Below are positions 1 to 10,800 of a stretch of DNA of 64,000 bases, piece after piece. The translations under genes were made by a program, and so were the position numbers. The notes under the pieces are model-generated. The model was not told the DNA's origin and did no database searches. It was given only the letters and a program-made list of their open reading frames with translations. Position 1 is the first letter of the stretch. Each line of letters starts with the position of its first letter. Location: IMG/VR virus record IMGVR_UViG_3300041411_000129, positions 62,001 to 126,000 of that record. One strand, written 5' to 3'.

Positions 1-3
1 TAC

Positions 4-486
4 ATGTCTAACTTCGTCTTCCTGAAAGAAGAAGGCGGTAAGTTTGGTTTCGAAGGTAACGACCGCAACTACGCGCTGTCGCTCTGCCCTGACATCAAAC
101 TGCAACGGACCAACGTTCGTCAGAAGTTCCGCGAGAACCCACGCCTGCAACACGCGGCTTACATTCTCGTAACCCTGTACTGGATGTTCACGTACTGGAC
201 TGAGTTCGATGACGGCCTACGCTGCACTCCGGCGCAGTTGTATGAAGAAATCAAGGCCATGGGGTACGATTGGGATGCGCTGCTGGATTCTCGCTATTGG
301 TTCATGCCAATCGAAGCCGGTAAGGACATTCCGTTCACATCCGCTATGGACCTCCTTCGTATCCGGGCCGGTCGGTATCACCCTTACTGGTATCCAAAAT
401 CACGTAAAGAAATGGGACTCCCAGAGCCAGTTGACATTGCCGTAGTCGCTGAGTGTGTGGTTCCAAAGGAATCAACAGGAAAATAA
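4..486 (+). CDS. hypothetical protein (160 aa)
   Basis: ORF track; phage-like codon usage; tightly followed by the next ORF. Confidence 0.75.
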   Translation: MSNFVFLKEEGGKFGFEGNDRNYALSLCPDIKLQRTNVRQKFRENPRLQHAAYILVTLYWMFTYWTEFDDGLRCTPAQLYEEIKAMGYDWDALLDSRYWFMPIEAGKDIPFTSAMDLLRIRAGRYHPYWYPKSRKEMGLPEPVDIAVVAECVVPKESTGK

Positions 487-490
487 CATC

Positions 491-772
491 ATGGCCAATT
501 CACTGGTTACGAAGGTCAGCGACCTGCTGTCTAATCAGAACGCGAAACTCGCGGCTAACTTTAATGCCACGTTCCATGTGAACGCGGAGACAGAAGAAGA
601 CGAACTCCGGGCACTCAACAAATACTTCCGTCACGAGTTGAGCAAGATCCGGATCTCTACACTGGACGAGTGTGAGTGTCTGCGAAACGATATCGCGCCA
701 GTGTATTGGCTGAAGTATTTCGAGACTCACGTCCTGCCGACTCTGGTGCGTTTCAATCTTCCCGAGGGCTAA
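491..772 (+). CDS. hypothetical protein (93 aa)
   Basis: ATG at 491 downstream of AGGA; operon spacing. Confidence 0.75.
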   Translation: MANSLVTKVSDLLSNQNAKLAANFNATFHVNAETEEDELRALNKYFRHELSKIRISTLDECECLRNDIAPVYWLKYFETHVLPTLVRFNLPEG

Positions 773-778
773 TTCCAC

Positions 779-1516
779 ATGAACGCTAAACGTAAGAAAG
801 TCACGGAAAAGATGTTGGAGCGAATCGCGTCCATCATTCCCGGCGACGATACGAACGTGAAGATCTTCAGGGAAAAACTCGAGGCAATGAATGATGACGA
901 GTTTGAATCTTACTTGCGTAAGCTCAAGCCCGTCAAAACTCAGGAAGACATCGCTAACCGCGAGTGGATTCCATTCTACGTTCCTAACCTCTCAGGTAAG
1001 CGGGTAAGTATTGCCCGCAACTACCAGATTGCGAAAGGCATGGGACGTAGCTTGGATCACCGTCTGGTAATGACTGACCCTTCAACGGGTTTGCAGTACG
1101 TCACTCCGCACGCATATCCGGTTCTCGATCTTCCAGTGCGTCGACAGGCTCAGACGGTCGCTAAGAAGCGATCTATCCCTGAGCATAACCAACGTATCGA
1201 CGACCTGACCGAACAGCCTACAAGCGAGTCTAAGGGCAGCCGTATCTCCTCTCCTGAGGGTGTGGCGCTCTTGTCTCGTGGTCTTGACAACACGATGCTT
1301 GAATTCGTGAAGATCCGTGGTGGTGACACCGCAGGTTATCGCGAGTACAAACGTCTGCTTATCGAGACGGGTGAGGTCAGCTACGCACAGTTGGATGGGT
1401 TGGGTATCGCTAAATCTACCAAGACTGCATCGATTATCTTTAATTGCATGCACATTGGTAACAACCTCGATCCAAGTACTAAGGTGCCTGCCGATGCCAT
1501 GCCCGACACGCTCTGA
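779..1516 (+). CDS. virion RNA polymerase beta-like subunit, C-terminal part (phiKZ gp149-like)
   Basis: RRQAQTVAKK...DDLTEQP...GSRISSPEGVALLSRGLDNTMLEFVKIRGGD aligns by eye with the RpoB C-terminal region KLxHLVDDK...TQQP...[31 protein letters not shown]. Confidence 0.75.
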   Translation: MNAKRKKVTEKMLERIASIIPGDDTNVKIFREKLEAMNDDEFESYLRKLKPVKTQEDIANREWIPFYVPNLSGKRVSIARNYQIAKGMGRSLDHRLVMTDPSTGLQYVTPHAYPVLDLPVRRQAQTVAKKRSIPEHNQRIDDLTEQPTSESKGSRISSPEGVALLSRGLDNTMLEFVKIRGGDTAGYREYKRLLIETGEVSYAQLDGLGIAKSTKTASIIFNCMHIGNNLDPSTKVPADAMPDTL

Positions 1517-1517
1517 A

Positions 1518-1985
1518 ATGATGAAGCTGATTACCGATATCGTGTTCAGGTATTGCAGTACGCCTGAACGCATCGGTTCGATGCTGACTCTCGCCACTGC
1601 TTCGAAGCTACAGATCAACTTCCGGACTTCCCTGCACTCTAAAACAGGCTGCTTGAAGCTTTGGGATTTCATCGAGGTCCAAACGGACGTCAGTGATCCT
1701 GAGTTCATGGAAGTTCTGATGAACATGGTTGGCGAGTTTATGTTCCTTGCCGAGGTGGATGACACCGCCTTCAACACTGAAATCGCCGGTCCTCTGGCCA
1801 GAACTCTGGCGTGGGTGAAAGACGCTGCCGGTACGCCTGACTCACTACGTGAGATGGCTGCCAATGTCGAGACGTATCGTGAGATGCTCAACTTCAACAA
1901 GTGGGCGGCTTTCGTCTACCTGATGTCGATGACCGATCTGATGCGCGTATTGACAGCGTTAAAGAACGAAGCTGCTAAAGGTTAA
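1518..1985 (+). CDS. hypothetical protein
   Basis: ATG 1 nt after the upstream stop; the longer ORF-track start overlaps the previous gene. Confidence 0.75.
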   Translation: MMKLITDIVFRYCSTPERIGSMLTLATASKLQINFRTSLHSKTGCLKLWDFIEVQTDVSDPEFMEVLMNMVGEFMFLAEVDDTAFNTEIAGPLARTLAWVKDAAGTPDSLREMAANVETYREMLNFNKWAAFVYLMSMTDLMRVLTALKNEAAKG

Positions 1986-1999
1986 CTCCGAGGTTCTCA

Positions 2000-2725
2000 A
2001 TGAGACAAAGGGCGCTTATCGACATCGATATGATCCTGGATACTCGGTACGGCACACTCAAGCGCATCGACGAAAAACTCGCCGATGCGCTCGTGCTTAC
2101 CAATCTGTATCGTGACCGGACGGATGATCATTTCGACCTAATTACCAACGGGGCTATTGACCGTGAGCAGTACAAAGCTCTTTATGCTGCTCGCGACACA
2201 GAAACCCTGTTCAACTCGAAGATGACAGACTTCGTCTATCATTTCCGAAAAGACATCAATGAGGGGTTGACCCGCATCGATCGTAAGGTAGACATCGAGT
2301 CCATCGAGGTGGATATCAACGTCTATCCCTACAATCTGGAAGCCCATGAAGCGGATGTTATCCGTGCATCGATGGAACATTACTTCCAGTGGCCGGCTGT
2401 CGTCAACATCGTAAGACTCGCTCCTGAGGATTTGAGTGCACCGTATGTCGACAACAGTTACGAGCTGATGGCGTATTACAACCATGAGGATTGGCTTGGT
2501 CCAAACACTCAGAGCGTAATCGACAAACGCATTCCACTGGTGACGCTGATCACGCCTCGAATCTCGACGTCAGGTAATGTGCCAAAGCCAGATCAACAAA
2601 TCAGAGACCCATTCGCTACACGGTCTGCGTATCTGGTTAAGTTCCTGGCCTTGCACTTCATCCCAACGTCGTGGGCTTGTTACAACCCGTTTATTCTTCA
2701 GCAGTTACAAAGTTCGAGATGTTGA
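2000..2725 (+). CDS. hypothetical protein with HAD-like N-terminal hhDxD motif
   Basis: LIDIDMILDTR at the N-terminus; GAGG RBS. Confidence 0.6.
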   Translation: MRQRALIDIDMILDTRYGTLKRIDEKLADALVLTNLYRDRTDDHFDLITNGAIDREQYKALYAARDTETLFNSKMTDFVYHFRKDINEGLTRIDRKVDIESIEVDINVYPYNLEAHEADVIRASMEHYFQWPAVVNIVRLAPEDLSAPYVDNSYELMAYYNHEDWLGPNTQSVIDKRIPLVTLITPRISTSGNVPKPDQQIRDPFATRSAYLVKFLALHFIPTSWACYNPFILQQLQSSRC

Positions 2726-3149
2726 GGATGTTCTCACCCTGAGCATCTTCACCTTCGATGAACGATACCGCTGGGAGTGCGTTGACATCCAGTGGCGAAC
2801 GGGTACGTGGTTTGACTGGGCGGTTATCTGCGTCTTGACCCATCATCTGTTTGAGTTGACGGAAGGTGTCGATAACCAGACGACCGTCAGTCGAATCACT
2901 TTCAGCGATGTCGAGTTCACGGGTGGTCAGGGCTGCCTTGTCCATGTCGCGAAGAACGCTGGTCAGGTCTTTGATGTCAGCCGGGATACGGCGTTCTTCG
3001 CCGAGTAGGTCATCGACGATCCGATAACGAAGTCCTTGAGTAAACTTGAGGACATCGCTTGGGTCTGTCGATGCCGAGGTTACTGGAACTTTGGCGTGGA
3101 GCAGCTCGCCTTCAAGGATCTCTCCATCACTTACAAAATCTTCTTCCAT
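2691..3149 (-). CDS. acidic hypothetical protein, possibly virion-associated
   Basis: AGGAG RBS on the minus strand; 152-aa ORF with a 35-nt convergent overlap with the previous gene. Confidence 0.7.
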   Translation of the reverse strand: MEEDFVSDGEILEGELLHAKVPVTSASTDPSDVLKFTQGLRYRIVDDLLGEERRIPADIKDLTSVLRDMDKAALTTRELDIAESDSTDGRLVIDTFRQLKQMMGQDADNRPVKPRTRSPLDVNALPAVSFIEGEDAQGENILNISNFVTAEE

Positions 3150-3180
3150 TTCTATCTCCTTTACCCTCTAAGGAGGGGTT

Positions 3181-3690
3181 ATGTTTCTCAAACGATTAAA
3201 GACATGGTTGTTAGGCGAGGAGGTGTTACTACCCACACAATGGCCTGAAGATGCGTGGGACCGCATGTTGATGATGGCTCACTACGCACAGGACTTTAAG
3301 CTTGGTCCGATCGGTGTCCATCATTACGATATCACCGTTGAGGTAATGTCGACGAATGTGGATGAGCTTTTCGCTCAACTTGAAACATTGATCCACTGCA
3401 CTGCCAACGAGGAGGACGTTCCTGACGGCTGGAACGACCGTGATCGTACGAAGTGGATCGATCCTTTACCAGATTACTATTTCAGCACTAAGGCCGGCTA
3501 CAGGCAGCCACAGGACGTTCTGGGTATAGTGATCGAAAAGGTCATGGTCATACATAACCTACTTGAATCACATGAGATAGTAGTTATCCATCCGTACTAC
3601 AGTTACATGCGGAGAGAGTTCTACTCTGTTGTTTGTGATGTTGTTGAAGTGCTGAACGCCAGTTACGAGTTGCACAAGCTGGCAAAGTAA
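3181..3690 (+). CDS. hypothetical protein
   Basis: AGGAGG RBS, 169 aa. Confidence 0.75.
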   Translation: MFLKRLKTWLLGEEVLLPTQWPEDAWDRMLMMAHYAQDFKLGPIGVHHYDITVEVMSTNVDELFAQLETLIHCTANEEDVPDGWNDRDRTKWIDPLPDYYFSTKAGYRQPQDVLGIVIEKVMVIHNLLESHEIVVIHPYYSYMRREFYSVVCDVVEVLNASYELHKLAK

Positions 3691-3758
3691 TAACCATCTG
3701 TCCTCATTGCCGATCCATCGCTCCCGCGTAAGGTCGGACACGCCCAAAGGATACATTG

Positions 3759-4232
3759 ATGCCAAAGCCTCCGAAGAACTCAACGTTCAGGGAATTGCTA
3801 CGAGATCCAAACAAGAAGTACGATGAGACTTCTCATGCGTTGGCTAAGCTACTCCGCGATATGCTTGCTAACAGTGGGATCGGTCCCGGTGAATGGGACA
3901 AGCTCATCGAGCGTTACTATAAAAAGATGTACACGAATCGTAAGGGTGAGATCGATCTGATCAAGGTTAACCAAGAGAAGTCTAACCTCACCCGTGCTCT
4001 GGCTAAGGACAAGGTGCCTTGGTATCGACTCGATACAGCGATCCAGATTCTTGGATCGGCGAGCTACACAATCTCGATAGAGCGAGAAGATGCACGAGGC
4101 GTGAAGTTCACCAGTAAGCTGAAGATCAAGAACCGGTATGTAATCATGCCTGAGATGAATGAGGGGGAAGATGACGGCATTGACGTACTCACCTCCGACA
4201 ATCAGAAGGGCGATGATAGCGATGAAGACTAA
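3759..4232 (+). CDS. hypothetical protein (helical, acidic tail)
   Basis: AAGGA RBS; ORF track. Confidence 0.75.
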   Translation: MPKPPKNSTFRELLRDPNKKYDETSHALAKLLRDMLANSGIGPGEWDKLIERYYKKMYTNRKGEIDLIKVNQEKSNLTRALAKDKVPWYRLDTAIQILGSASYTISIEREDARGVKFTSKLKIKNRYVIMPEMNEGEDDGIDVLTSDNQKGDDSDED

Positions 4233-4668
4233 AGTTCCTGATCCCATGCTGGATGGTGAAGATCACATCAACGTCTGGACCAAGGCCAAGACGCGCTTAG
4301 GGCGACTCCTGACCAATCCAGCGGACGTTGCAGTAACCCATCCTACGTACGGTCGCTTTCGTACGATGGAAGGGTTACATTTCTATCTGAAGACGGGGAT
4401 GATTTACGAAGACCTTCGCTCCATGAACGGCTATGAGGCACGTCGTTTTGGAGGCACGTTGAAGACGGTCTGGTTCCCTAACTTCATGGAAGAGATCAAG
4501 ATTGGCATTCGATGTAAGATTGATCAACATCCTGAGCTGAAAGAACTGATGGAGGAATCCATCTTGCCTTTCGAACATTACTACGTGTACCCGACGAACG
4601 TGGTGGTGCCAAAGAGCTCTAAAGCTTTCTGCCAGTTGCTTGAAGAGATACGCGCAGAGATGCGTTAA
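4222..4668 (+). CDS. NADAR/YbiA-superfamily protein (T4 gp30.3-like)
   Basis: Ordered NADAR-like motifs: LLTN, FRTMEG..YLK, EARRFG, W, CKIDQHPELKELM, LLEEIR. Confidence 0.65.
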   Translation: MKTKVPDPMLDGEDHINVWTKAKTRLGRLLTNPADVAVTHPTYGRFRTMEGLHFYLKTGMIYEDLRSMNGYEARRFGGTLKTVWFPNFMEEIKIGIRCKIDQHPELKELMEESILPFEHYYVYPTNVVVPKSSKAFCQLLEEIRAEMR

Positions 4669-4669
4669 A

Positions 4670-4713
4670 TAATGGGAGACTTCGGTCTCCCATTATCCCC
4701 ACTTCTTTTTTTT
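4670..4713 (+). terminator. intrinsic terminator
   Basis: 11-bp stem TAATGGGAGAC-TTCG-GTCTCCCATTA with a downstream T run. Confidence 0.8.
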
Positions 4714-4749
4714 GTCTATGGTGTGACAGTTACACTCAGGATGATGACC

Positions 4750-5790
4750 ATGGCCGCTTCATTAGCTAACACGATTTTCCAAGGCAACTCCCGTGACGCG
4801 ATGGTTGTTTCCGACGCGTACAAGATCTCAAAGAACGAGACTCGCAACAGCATGTACGATTCCGTTAAGGGGATCTACAGTGGTGCAGTCGACGGGCTGT
4901 TTGCTAACAAGAGTTCTATCACGACTCTCGCAGGTTTGGTTAAACAAGCCAAAGGCGGGAACATCGATAAGATCGGGATGCTCAACACAGCTCTCGGTGC
5001 GATGGGTTCCAGTCTGCCAAGTCTGCTCGGCACTCTAGGTGGTTCTCTCAAGAATGTCTTGGGTGATGCCGCTGGGTCGTTGATCGGTCCAGGTGCTACG
5101 AAGGGTATCGAGGTACTCTACAAGAACGCCGGTATGCTTATCGGTGCTGCTGATATCGATAGCACTAGCGATCTGTTGAAGTTCGTGAATGCGATGGCTG
5201 GCGATAGTGAGCTGACTCAGTTCATCAACATCGAAGCCGAAAGCGCAATCATCGGTGGTATCGCCAAGAACCTGATGGACTACGGTCTGGACGATCTTGT
5301 CGATGAAGCTATCGAGATGGGTCGTACCGAACAGGTCAGACAGAATGCCTTCGCTTACATGTCGGTGGCTGCTGTTAATGGACCTCTGGGTTCTGGTGTC
5401 GGTGGTTCTAACCTCGACATGATCAACAAGGTCATCGATAACATCGGGATCACCAAGTTCCTCGAATACAACCCTGATGCCGTGGCCTCCATTATCGCAG
5501 GCTACAACTTCGATCCGACTTACACCGTTGCCGATTACCCAGCGCAACGTACGAAACTTCTCGACACACTGGTTCGTATCAATGCTAACTGGGATAAGAA
5601 ACTTCGTGGTGCTGAATACATTCCGAACTTGGGTCCTTTCCTGAAGCAAAGCGCTTCATCGAAAACTTTGTTCTGCATGTCTCCTCCACTGCGTACTCTC
5701 TCACTGGCAGCCACCGGTAAGGCTACCGCTAACGTCGGTACAGTCGTGAAGACACTCTACCCGAATGCTTACATGCCGGGCATCAAGTGA
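4750..5790 (+). CDS. putative virion structural (tail/baseplate) protein
   Basis: Gly/Ala-rich 346-aa ORF converging on the tail-tip and tape-measure genes; product inferred from context. Confidence 0.55.
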   Translation: MAASLANTIFQGNSRDAMVVSDAYKISKNETRNSMYDSVKGIYSGAVDGLFANKSSITTLAGLVKQAKGGNIDKIGMLNTALGAMGSSLPSLLGTLGGSLKNVLGDAAGSLIGPGATKGIEVLYKNAGMLIGAADIDSTSDLLKFVNAMAGDSELTQFINIEAESAIIGGIAKNLMDYGLDDLVDEAIEMGRTEQVRQNAFAYMSVAAVNGPLGSGVGGSNLDMINKVIDNIGITKFLEYNPDAVASIIAGYNFDPTYTVADYPAQRTKLLDTLVRINANWDKKLRGAEYIPNLGPFLKQSASSKTLFCMSPPLRTLSLAATGKATANVGTVVKTLYPNAYMPGIK

Positions 5791-5823
5791 CATAAGGCCG
5801 GGGTTTCCCCCGGCCTCTATGCT
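5791..5823. terminator. bidirectional hairpin terminator
   Basis: CATAAGGCCGGGG-TTTC-CCCCGGCCTCTATGC between convergent genes. Confidence 0.75.
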
Positions 5824-5825
5824 GT

Positions 5826-7772
5826 TTACGAACGATCCGTCGGATTGGATAGCGCTTTGATGAGATCCCCTGACAGACCAGACATGAGTCCAGATGCCAT
5901 GCGATAAGGGGAACGCCATTGAGCGGCTTCCGCACGGCTACGCGCCATGTTGAGTTGCCACTTCCGAGTACCGTTGATCTGCACGTCCAAAGGAATGGAC
6001 GCCATCACCGCCATGAAGTCGGTCCACTTGTTATCTTCACCGTAGGTTGCCTTGGTCAGTGCAGCCGCAGTAGCTTCACCAGCCGATCCGCCCAATGCGC
6101 TAGCCACGGCACTAATAGCACCAGTGACGCCACTCACGTTCGGGTTGATAGGAACCGACAGTACGTTGGATAGGTCATCGATAGTAACGTTAACGTCAAT
6201 ACCAAGAACCTTACCGCCCTTAGCGTAACCAACGTCACCCACACCACGTTCGATACTGATCGAGGAGATCAGACCTTCACGGATGATAGTACGACCTTGG
6301 TTGTAGACTTCCAACAGGAACGGACCGTCATACGAAGCACGACCAGTTGCACGAGGAAGACCCAACGCCAAGATAGCGCCCAACGGAATGAACAGGTTCT
6401 GCAAACGAACCCAGTCATCTGCTGCCCACGATCTCAGGTGGATAGTGAACGTGGTACGGCCAATATCAGCCGAGGACGTTTCATACACCTTTTGAATGTC
6501 AGCGAAGGCGTTACCAGCCAGAGCGATGAACCCTTCTACCTGAGCAGCATTCAAGATACCCTTGGCGACGTCTCCGACGATATCCATAACCGCACCGATA
6601 GGTCCAGCGATGTTACCATCAGCGATGTTGAATCGCGCCATACGAGCCTTGGATGACATCGCGTTGATTTCGGTCTTGATGGACGGTTCAGTGATGGCGT
6701 TGTTGAAGCTATCGGAGTTAGTGCCAGTGTTGTTCACACGGAACGTCACAAAGTCAGCACCCATCCGCGCTTCAGCTTTCGCCTGCTTCGCCATTTTAGT
6801 GACGTAGCTTTCTTCACTGGAATCCTCATCCGTCTTCGGTGGTTTGCTTGCATCGTACTCACCACCAAACGCCATGTACGCTTCTTCGTACTCAGCCAGA
6901 GAGAAGCCTGGGTCACTGAGTTGAATCGTACCTGTCTCGATGGCTTGACCCATCATCTTCTGGAACTGCTCAGCCCGTTGCGCAGGATCAGCAGTCAGAC
7001 CAGACATTGCGTTATCCATCATCGCACGATACTGGTTAGCCAGACGCTGTGCTTTGGTAGAGAACGCAAACACATCGATACCACCAGCCGACATTACAAT
7101 GTCAGGCATGATGCGGTGCATCGAATCGGAGTCAGCCTTATCCGGAACAGCCAGCGGGTCAAAGAACCGTTTCTGTTCATCGTTAACGAAGTGAGGAGAC
7201 AAACCCAAGTTAACGAACATGCCGTTTACGAAACTACTTACCGCCCACCAGTACGGGTACATGGTTGGTTTCAGATAGTAATACTTCGAACGTGGCATAC
7301 CGGCAAAGAAGTCAACCATCTGTCCAGCGAGAATGAACGGCTGGAAAGGGATCGTACCGATGAAGCCTGCAACCTCACCTGCTTTAAACCACACAGACGG
7401 AGCACGACCTGTACGAGCCATCGAGCCTGCGTACACGTTGTAGAAGTTACCGAAGAAGTTCGTCATCGAGTTGAACTTCGGAACACCTGCCCGAATGTGG
7501 ATCTGTTGAGAGTTGTCGTCAAGCACCTCACTCCACCAACGACCTACGCCGTAAGATTTGGAGTAAAGGGATTTGTGCTTCAAGTCACAGTTGCCTGTAA
7601 ACTGAGGCAGAGGGTTTACTTGGAAATGTCCTCCCATCGAGGTGTCGATGAACTTGCGAGAAGAAGTGGTGTAGTAACGTCTGGTGTTGTTCGTGGCATC
7701 GGACAAAGCGCTGGCAGGAGCCAGGAACGCATTACCCGCCCACGTTCTATCGAGGATATATTTCCGAGCCAT
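5826..7772 (-). CDS. putative baseplate/tail-tip protein (phiKZ gp182-like)
   Basis: Immediately downstream of the tape-measure gene; C-terminal ISSISIERG...IDVNVTIDDL resembles tube/hub-fold strands. Confidence 0.6.
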   Translation of the reverse strand: MARKYILDRTWAGNAFLAPASALSDATNNTRRYYTTSSRKFIDTSMGGHFQVNPLPQFTGNCDLKHKSLYSKSYGVGRWWSEVLDDNSQQIHIRAGVPKFNSMTNFFGNFYNVYAGSMARTGRAPSVWFKAGEVAGFIGTIPFQPFILAGQMVDFFAGMPRSKYYYLKPTMYPYWWAVSSFVNGMFVNLGLSPHFVNDEQKRFFDPLAVPDKADSDSMHRIMPDIVMSAGGIDVFAFSTKAQRLANQYRAMMDNAMSGLTADPAQRAEQFQKMMGQAIETGTIQLSDPGFSLAEYEEAYMAFGGEYDASKPPKTDEDSSEESYVTKMAKQAKAEARMGADFVTFRVNNTGTNSDSFNNAITEPSIKTEINAMSSKARMARFNIADGNIAGPIGAVMDIVGDVAKGILNAAQVEGFIALAGNAFADIQKVYETSSADIGRTTFTIHLRSWAADDWVRLQNLFIPLGAILALGLPRATGRASYDGPFLLEVYNQGRTIIREGLISSISIERGVGDVGYAKGGKVLGIDVNVTIDDLSNVLSVPINPNVSGVTGAISAVASALGGSAGEATAAALTKATYGEDNKWTDFMAVMASIPLDVQINGTRKWQLNMARSRAEAAQWRSPYRMASGLMSGLSGDLIKALSNPTDRS

Positions 7773-7823
7773 AGATACATCCTGTTGGGAAAGAAGCCGG
7801 GTGAGTTTCCCCACCCGGCATTG

Positions 7824-10800
7824 TTACGTCACAGCGTTAGCACGCGTGTTGTCCAGAGGAGTCCGGCGCGCTGGTTCTGCTTTCGGTGGAGTTGGAGCGC
7901 CAGCTTGAGGAGTCCCACCACCAAGGTTATCCAATTTAGCCAAGATACCGTGAAGTGTGGTGTTAGAGTCCTGGTTGACTTCCAGCAGTTTCTGCATCAC
8001 ACCGCTGAGGTCAACGTTAGCTGCTTCCTGCGTCTTCATTGCAGATTGTTGCGACGCAGTGGCTGCCGCTGCCGAAGCAGACGGCTGAGGGATCATTGGG
8101 GATGGCGTGGTTACAGCAGGAGCGCCTGTACCTGCACCATTACCACCTTTGATCTCAGCGATAGCTTCTGCCGATGTGCTACCAGTAGCAATAGCGCTAG
8201 GAGCCGCGCCACTACCAGCCGCTGAAGAGGATGCTGCTGCTGCTGCATTAGCACTTGCGGTAAGACCACCCGCTGCGGCGACAGCACCACCTACCGAAGT
8301 AGGACCTTCAGCTTCCTTAGGTTCATTGGCTCCAGCTGCACCACCGGTGCCTGGCGTGGCCGTTGCAGCCGTTGCAGTAGCAGCCATGTCAGCCGCACCA
8401 ACGTCCTTAGCGATACCCGATTGAGTAGTTGTAGACGACTGCCCGGCTTTCTTACGACCGATATCTACACGACGATCCAGTTCAGCAATCGTTTCACCAA
8501 CCGTACGCATCCGCCCGCCTTTATCACGGAATACCGATGCGTTATTCTTGATAGCAGCCGCACTGGCGTGCTGGTCAGCAGAAGCATCACGAGGAGCGGA
8601 GAGGAACCTACGTGCCCCGCCAAGACCCAAGAAGTGAGCTGCATACAGATCGACGTCAGTTACTTTACCGCCAAGAGTTTTGCTAAGGCCGTTGTAGTTC
8701 TCTTTCAGGTAACACATACCCAAGATGGCGTTAGCCCGAGGATCTGTGATCGGCGTATTGGGAGCGATCCCATATGTCGCGCCGTACTTGGTCATCATAT
8801 CGCCCCAAGTACCTTTAACGAACTGATACAACCCATGCGCAATACCGCTAGACGCATTCGGATCGAATCCGGACTCAACACCAGCTACAGCCGCAGCGAT
8901 CTTAGGATCGAAACCAACCATCTCAGCCGCAGCTGTAATGATCGGACCCATCGCAGCCCAACCTTTACCACTACCATTAGGGAGCTTGTTGATATCCCCG
9001 CCAGTACCACCACCTGGATGCACGACCTCAGCACCGTACTTGCCAGACATCAGCAATGCACCAGTACCTTGGCCAGCCGGAGCTTGACCCGCTACACCAC
9101 CAGCGACTTGTTGGCCACTGAACACCTTACCCATGTTCGACAGAGTAGGACCGGTTACCCCGATGTTTCCACGGTTGCCGTTAGCCGAGGTGTTACCCAT
9201 GGCAATGTTGCTCAGCTTAGTGCCGTAGTCCTGACCCGATGTACGCTTCTGAGTTTCCATCCCGTCTACGTTAAGGACCTTGCTCTTATCACCAGTATCA
9301 ATGCCGTCAAGATATAACGTCACTGACCCAGGAAGAGTTTCCAACTCATAACCAACCCAAGGGCTGTTAGTGATGGACCACACACTCACCGAAGACATCA
9401 TGGTGGCTGTAGTAGTCTGGACGGTCTCTTGTAGAACCTCCTTCATCAACACACCCGTAAGGTTACGGGATGCATCTTTCGCAGCGCCATTGAAACGACG
9501 ACGAGACGAGATGCAGTATTGGAGGAAGGTTGGGATGAAACGGTAGTTCAGCCATCGCGTAGCATCTTCGTAGGCTTGACCATCAGCAGGCTTGAAGATA
9601 ACCATGGCCTTTTGAGCCAACTCTTCTTGATTGCCGCCAATCATCGCTTTGTCAGTGCCTGAATACTGCACTGCTTCCCAGTAGATGTCTTCCAACGCTT
9701 GGAGCTGCTGAGCTTTATCCAGCGACATCTCTTTCAAACCGTACGTCTTGAAACGCACTGCTGTTGGGATATCGAGGTTCTTCTTCGCAGCGCTGGCAAC
9801 GCGGTTACCCACTTGAGCAGCTGCACCGAAACCACCTACAACACCAGGAGCGATAGTCAACCCCTTAGCGATGTCGTTTGGAGCCTGACCGTTAGCAGCC
9901 ACACCCAACGTGGTATTCTTAGCAACCTGAGCGGCTGCACCTGTAGCGATACCACCTGCTACGGCAGCGGCTTTATTCTCAGCCTTCTGCTCCTTACGAT
10001 CACGAACCATTTTGATCGCATCTTCAACATCATCCGCATCGCAATCGAGATCGCTATCGAATGGAGAAGTATCAGTATCGTCGTAAACCTTCTGCATGTT
10101 AGCAAGGTCAACGATCTGAAGGAATGCAGAGAGGTCACCGTTACCGATACCTTCATCGGCACTCACCAGATCCGTAGTACCACGGATAGACTGCATGGCA
10201 GTACAGTGAGCCAAGAATACTGGACGGAAGCGAGTAGCGATCCAAGACAACAGGTTGTGCTGTTCTTCAGGACCTTTGGTTGGGAAGAGTTTCAAGAATG
10301 CATCGGCGTCAATGGCTTTAGGGTCCATCGAAGCCTTACCATCACGAGTGACAGTTACAGCACCTTTACATAGGCTCTCAAGAGCAAGCACCTGTTTCAC
10401 TCGATCCTCATCGGTAGGAGCCACCCCGTACTGCGTCATCCGAAGATAGAGCAGAGGGAACTTCTTCGCCTGAGACGATTTGTAGTAGCGATACCCTAGA
10501 TAAGCAATACCACCAACTGCAACCGCACCAAGGATCAATGGCATCCCGAGAACACCAACCACAGCACTACCAGCAGTAGCCAAGGCTCCACCGACAGCAG
10601 TAGCACCGGTCATCAGCGCACCACCTACTGCGGAAGCACCAGCTCCGATCGTAGCCATACCCGGCATCATTCCAGCAGCGGCAATAGCGCCACGACCGAG
10701 CCAACCAGCTGCGCGACCCATCGCACCAACACCTGGGACTTTATTCAGACCCCGACCGACTTTACTGGCGGCGTTACCGATCTTCCCACGGACTCCACGG

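Noticed and set aside
2691-2725. Convergent 35-nt gene overlap as an antisense control system
   Set aside because: Short tail-to-tail overlaps are common in compact phage genomes and nothing else supports regulation
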